DNA of 60,372 nucleotides, from positions 1-60,372 of the forward strand of contig CBDBKM010000012.1 of the NCBI GenBank assembly GCA_965206695.1. Direction: 5' to 3'. This DNA is from Chlamydiales bacterium (GTDB taxonomy: Bacteria; Chlamydiota; Chlamydiia; Chlamydiales; JAAZZY01). Under the pieces are notes generated by a model, which worked only from the letters and a program-made list of their open reading frames with translations, made no database searches and was not told the DNA's origin. The position numbers and the translations under genes were made by a program. Positions 55,584 to 60,372 of the stretch are shown one piece after another (position 1 is the stretch's first letter; each line of letters opens with the position of its first letter).

Positions 55584-55637
55584 CTTAATTCATTGATAAC
55601 CTGTAATGGACTTAATTCATTGATAACCTGTAATGGA
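55584..55637. repeat. Perfect 27-bp tandem duplication
   Basis: CTTAATTCATTGATAACCTGTAATGGA x2. Confidence 0.9.
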
Positions 55638-55893
55638 TTTTAACTAATCAAGAAATCTCTTAAATAGACAAGATTCCAATATTACTATTATACTTATAGC
55701 TTTTGTGAAAAAAATGAGGTTTATATGGTTTCATCAATCAATCAAAATGATTATTTTAATAACACTAATAGCAGATCATTAAAAGACATTATTTAATCAG
55801 TATTCTAATACTACAATAGAGGATTCTTATCTAAAAGCCATTGATGAAAAAGACTATGAAGCTATACAGATACTACTAGACCATAGAATACCA

Positions 55894-56970
55894 TTGATAT
55901 ATCCCCCACTGCATCAAATTTTGAAAGAATATTATGAGTCATATTCACCTGTCATTTTAAGGCTTATCAAAGAACAAGTTACTCCACGCACTAACTTAAC
56001 TTCTCTTCTTCATTATCAGCAGCCTCTAGGAAATAGTGAACAGGTTAACTTACTAATTGATAGCATAACAAACGGTGTTTTAGATATAGCATCTAAAGAC
56101 ACTTCGGATTCGGTTGCTAATGCTATTATCAAAAAAACTAAGGACCAACCATCTTTTTTTACTTCTACTCCCAATCTTCAATTTATTAAATTTTTGTTGG
56201 AATATTATAAAATCAATAGCCTTCCTTGCTATAATAATTACTATCATTATGATATTGAATATAAAATATATGATGAAAGTAAGCCTAATGAGATAGGTAA
56301 AGATTTAGTTGCAAAAGCCATATATAATAAAAATTTAGATTCCTTAAAAGTATTGATAGATGATATGCATCAACCTTTTTTAATTAGAAATGCTCAAAGT
56401 TACTATGATTCTTTAACAGATGCCATACACCGCGGAACAGAAAAGGGCTACGAAATAGCTCTATATCTTTTAGAAAAAAATTGTATCCCTTTGCCGGGAC
56501 ATACGTATAGATATGGTCATCTATTTTTTGATTTAATAAAATTTAAAGACCCTGCACTTTTCAAGCTTTTTTTAGAAAAAGGTTTGCTTACTTATCGGAT
56601 GACTCCCCCTAATAATTATATCGAATTAAATATTAATAAATGGATTGACCCTAAAAATATATTAAATAATGATGATATACATCAGAATGTAAAAGACATT
56701 ATTAGAAGAGCCATTGATACTAAAAAAGACTATTTTGATCGTCATAGTTACAAGAGGGAAAGATTTATCCCTCTTTTAAGTTATTTATTTAGAAAAACCG
56801 AACATAGAAAATATTTTAATATACTTTATGATTATTTTATTAAAATAGGATTGAAAGGAGAAGATCTAAACTTTATTTCTATTGATAATCATATCGATAC
56901 TATCACAACTCTACATAATAATTACGATCCAATTCAAAAGGAAGCTGATATCCAAAAGAGTTTAATTTAA
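55894..56970 (+). CDS. Hypothetical protein with degenerate ankyrin-like helices; probable true start 55725 with a frameshift near 55780
   Basis: Frame open from ~55783; GAGG plus ATG at 55716-55727 in another frame; AIYNKNLDSLKVLID and YEIALYLLEK. Confidence 0.65.
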   Translation: MIYPPLHQILKEYYESYSPVILRLIKEQVTPRTNLTSLLHYQQPLGNSEQVNLLIDSITNGVLDIASKDTSDSVANAIIKKTKDQPSFFTSTPNLQFIKFLLEYYKINSLPCYNNYYHYDIEYKIYDESKPNEIGKDLVAKAIYNKNLDSLKVLIDDMHQPFLIRNAQSYYDSLTDAIHRGTEKGYEIALYLLEKNCIPLPGHTYRYGHLFFDLIKFKDPALFKLFLEKGLLTYRMTPPNNYIELNINKWIDPKNILNNDDIHQNVKDIIRRAIDTKKDYFDRHSYKRERFIPLLSYLFRKTEHRKYFNILYDYFIKIGLKGEDLNFISIDNHIDTITTLHNNYDPIQKEADIQKSLI

Positions 56971-56984
56971 CTATTGTAGATCGC

Positions 56985-57219
56985 TTACCTCAACTGATCC
57001 AATAGACTTCTAAAATCCCCAGAAGCTTCACCACATTCTTTTTTTAATGCTTTTGAATATAGGCCCACGCTTCCATTGCCCATTACAATAGGGCCCATCC
57101 ACTATCTTCTTACAACCTGTTGACTTGCCTCCATGCATATGACAAACCCTCTTACCTCTCATAGCTTGAAGCCTACATCGCTTTTGAGACCTCTTACTTT
57201 TAGCATGACAATAAACCAT
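56985..57219 (-). pseudogene. HGGxSTG-domain protein, copy 2 (1-bp frameshift near the 3' end)
   Basis: Matches 38752..38985 with an extra base at ~57062. Confidence 0.8.
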
Positions 57220-57248
57220 GAGGTATTGCTCCTAGTTTTCCATTAACC

Positions 57249-57716
57249 CTAATTAATCACTGCTTTTGCATTATCATTCATAGTCACATGCTGAACCGTA
57301 ATATTCTGTCTTCCACCTCTTCTATACCTCTCGATATCATTGACTATCTCACCATGCAAACGTAATAATTTTAATGCAAATTTCATATAAAAAGACTGCC
57401 AATGATCTGCAAAAGGTTCTTTCAATGAAGCATAATACTCAGATTTTTTCACATATTCCATCGCCTGTGAGAAGAGCAACACTTCTTTAACCCTTAATCT
57501 GGCCTCTGTTGCATCCTTCGGTACCTGTTCATTTAAATTAGATGCAATGATATTATACTTTTCAATAAGGGTATACGAACTAGGAAGAGCCTCATAAGCT
57601 GTCGTAATTATATTTTCTGCAACAATATCATTTTGAACAGAACAAATGCTATTGTGGTAAGATCTGAGTTCTTGCTTTTCATTCTCTAACGCTAAAGCTT
57701 TTTTCTTATTTTTCAT
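57249..57716 (-). CDS. Hypothetical protein, paralog of 39015..39482
   Basis: Same length, mostly identical sequence. Confidence 0.75.
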   Translation of the reverse strand: MKNKKKALALENEKQELRSYHNSICSVQNDIVAENIITTAYEALPSSYTLIEKYNIIASNLNEQVPKDATEARLRVKEVLLFSQAMEYVKKSEYYASLKEPFADHWQSFYMKFALKLLRLHGEIVNDIERYRRGGRQNITVQHVTMNDNAKAVIN

Positions 57717-57864
57717 TTAATCGTATCCTTGCCTTGTTTGTGAGCTACTAGTGGTCCTTGTCCAAATCTATAAGGCCATAATGAACACTCTTTTGCTGGG
57801 CATAGACGAACTTCCTTATGTTGCCCACAACAGCAGTCCAAACATTTTGCCCTAATAGCTTGTA

Positions 57865-59895
57865 TAGTATTTTAATTTTTATTTGATAATATGTTATCCT
57901 TCTTTTTTTATACAAACAGTAAGGACAAAACAATGCCTAGAGCCTATTCAGTAAATCTTCGAGAGAAAGTATTACAACATATAGAAAAACATCATGATAA
58001 AAAAACAGCCGGCCATATTTTTCAAGTAGGTATCGCAACAATATATCGATGGATCTTGCAAAAAAAGCAAAAAGGACATTTAAAGCCAATCCGCAGAAAA
58101 TATGCTTATAAGAAATTAGATGATGAGTTGTTATCTAAATATGTAGAAAAACATCCGGATTATTTTTTATCGGAAATTGCTGATTATTTTTCAGTCACTC
58201 CGCAAACGATTTTTTATGCCCTTAAAAGATTAAAAATTACACGAAAAAAAAAACTACTCGCTATACTCATCACGAATAAAACTCCGGATATTTTGTATTC
58301 GTATAGTGTAAATTATTTTGTATGAATTCATTTTTAACACTATCAGAAGAAAAGCATCTCAGACAGCAACATAAACGAGAAAAGAATGGTCGTATACGAG
58401 ATCGTATCAAGGCTGTTCTATTGTCGAATAAAGGTTGGAGTAATACTCGTATTGCTGAAGCTGTGCTTTTAGACGATGAAACAGTGTCTCGTCACATTAA
58501 AGAATATCAAAATAAACAGCAATTGCATGTAGAAAGCGGTGGTTCAGTCAGTAAACTTCTTGCGCCACAGTCAGAAGAATTCATTAAACATTTAACAACT
58601 CATACCTATGTCAAAGTAGAAGATATCTGTTCTTATGTTCTCGCGAAATATGGCATTGTTTATACGATTTCAGGGATGACTTCTTGGCTACACTCACATG
58701 GTTTTTCCTATAAAAAGCCTAAAGGTACACCGGCTAAGGCAAATTCTGATCAACAAAAAGCTTGGATGCAATTTTACACCAAGCTTATGGCATCTCTGCC
58801 TAAAAATGAGCCTGTTGAATTTGCTGATGGTGTGCATCCAACTATGGCAACTAAAATTTCTTATGGTTGGATTCGACCGGGAACAAGTAAATTAATCGCA
58901 ACAACAGCTTCTAGAACTCGAATGAATCTTATGGGGTCTATCAATTTAAACAGTATGAAGGTAACAATAGATGCTTATGAAACATTAAATAGCGGTACCA
59001 TGGCAAAACATTTTGCTTTATTACGGTCAAAATATCCCTCAGCTCCAAATATCCATCTTATTTTAGATCAAGGTCCTTATAATACAAGTATTCAGACCAA
59101 ACAAGAAGCAGAAAAACAAGGTATTATTCTCTATTATTTACCTTCTTACAGTCCTAACCTCAATCCTATTGAACGATTATGGAAAGTGATGAATGAATAT
59201 TGTCGCAATAATCGGTTTTTTAATTCTGCTAAAGAATTTCGGAGATCGATTACCGGATTTTTTGAAAATACTTGGCCCTCTATTGCTCAATCAATGAGGA
59301 CACGAATCAATGATCATTTTCAAGTCTTAGAATCGGCACTTTGATTCATAAGGGGTATATAAGGAAAGAGATGAAAAGAAACGGGAAGCTTTTATGAAAG
59401 ATTTAAAAAATATTCCCTTTGACAAGAGAATTTATCTCGATGAAACCGGGATTCATCAATTTTTATTTCGTGAGTCCGGAAGAAGCTTACGCGGCAAAAA
59501 AGTTTTTGGAGCGGTTTCAGGAAACCGCTTTATAAGGCAAAATATTATTTCAGCCCTATCTAAAGGGCAGTTTTTATCTCCAATGTGTTTTGAAGGTACT
59601 TGTAATACCGGGTTATTCAATATTTGGCTTAAGGAAGTTTTGACTCCTCAGCTTACACCCGGTAGTGTTCTTATTCTTGACAATGCAGGTTTTCACAAGT
59701 CAGCGGAAAGCAGGAAAACAGTAGAATCTGCCGGTTGTAAGCTTATGTTTCTTCCTCCCTATTCTCCGGACTTAAATCCTATAGAAAAATATTGGGCTAA
59801 TATGAAAAATAAAGTTAGAGAGATATTACGAAAAGTTACGAATTTTAAATTCGCCATTGATCAAGCAATCTTATCAATATAAAATTAAATGACTA
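57865..59895 (+). mobile_element. IS630 'A', copy 8, containing a nested IS630 'B'
   Basis: Clean TA duplication relative to the empty site at ~39629. Confidence 0.95.
58264..59357 (+). mobile_element. IS630 'B', copy 3 (transposase 58322..59344)
   Basis: Inserted at the TA in ctcgcTAtaagg of IS630 'A'. Confidence 0.95.
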
Positions 59896-60043
59896 TAGTG
59901 GCGATTTTTTTGTACTCTTGGTTTTACTGGCACCTTCGCCTTCTTTAATATTTTTAAATTGAAAATCCTCACAGAGAAGGGTGTTTTTTTCTAAATTCGT
60001 CATTATAATCTCCTTATTATTGACGTATTGATTAGAGTGTGAA

Positions 60044-60372
60044 TTAAAAATCATCACTTTCATAAATCTTGGGATTAATGTAGAATGTGTTAGTCGGTCT
60101 TCCTTGGGACTTCACAATTTTTTCATTAAGTATATGATGTTCTTTTAATACTGAAATTGCCTCTTCTACCTCATTAGAAGTAGTTAAGTAAGACCAATGG
60201 TTACCATGATATACACTCCTTTTTGTAAAGCCGTTTTGAATGTCCCCGTTCTTGATATGCTTCAATAAAGCTCTAGCTGATAATAAATTTGCTTTATCAA
60301 CTGTTGAATAAATTCGATAAGCATGAGATTTTAAATATTCACACCATACTTTTGCATAATTTGCCGATTCTA
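60044..60372 (-). CDS. 3' end of DUF3987/YfjI gene, copy 2 (continues beyond the window)
   Basis: Diverged match to 39778..40106. Confidence 0.85.
   Translation of the reverse strand, partial: ESANYAKVWCEYLKSHAYRIYSTVDKANLLSARALLKHIKNGDIQNGFTKRSVYHGNHWSYLTTSNEVEEAISVLKEHHILNEKIVKSQGRPTNTFYINPKIYESDDF

Larger units (their letters stand above)
57713..60003 (-). pseudogene. Small Cys-rich protein, copy 2, split by nested IS630s
   Basis: Flanks 57713..57864 and 59898..60003 rejoin to match 39479..39737. Confidence 0.72.

Overview
AT-rich bacterial DNA, most likely from an environmental member of the Chlamydiae (inferred from kdsB-pyrG-ruvX synteny, a pGP7/pGP8-like protein and eukaryote-like effectors). 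A housekeeping block at ~13.7-34.3 kb (APC permease, FMN reductase, gloA, MFS, disulfide oxidoreductase, cvrA pseudogene, pspC, typA, kdsB, pyrG, ruvX) lies between two IS-riddled accessory regions. These hold eight copies of one IS630, three of a second IS630, and IS1634, IS701, IS4, IS5, IS30, IS66 and TnpB pieces. Main finding: a conserved ~36-bp site (TGGGG(G/A)CGGTTGGACGCATTCAGAACTTTTGATTGG) occurs five times. One copy lies just upstream of, and facing away from, each of two tyrosine integrase genes, and the copies delimit cargo units (HTH+Fic-ankyrin, RelE/HigA-type TA, AbiEi/AbiEii, PPR-SMR) in an integron-like layout without IntI or attC. Cargo includes two bacterial PPR-SMR paralogs that differ in repeat number and at RNA-code positions, and two unrelated toxins sharing a C-terminal ankyrin-region segment. 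RING-SET and NUMOD3-like-SET proteins and a satellite-like integrative element (2-3 copies) are also present. A recurrent CTGG/CCAG-to-CCGG substitution signature runs through the window. All calls come from reading the sequence by eye; no searches were run.
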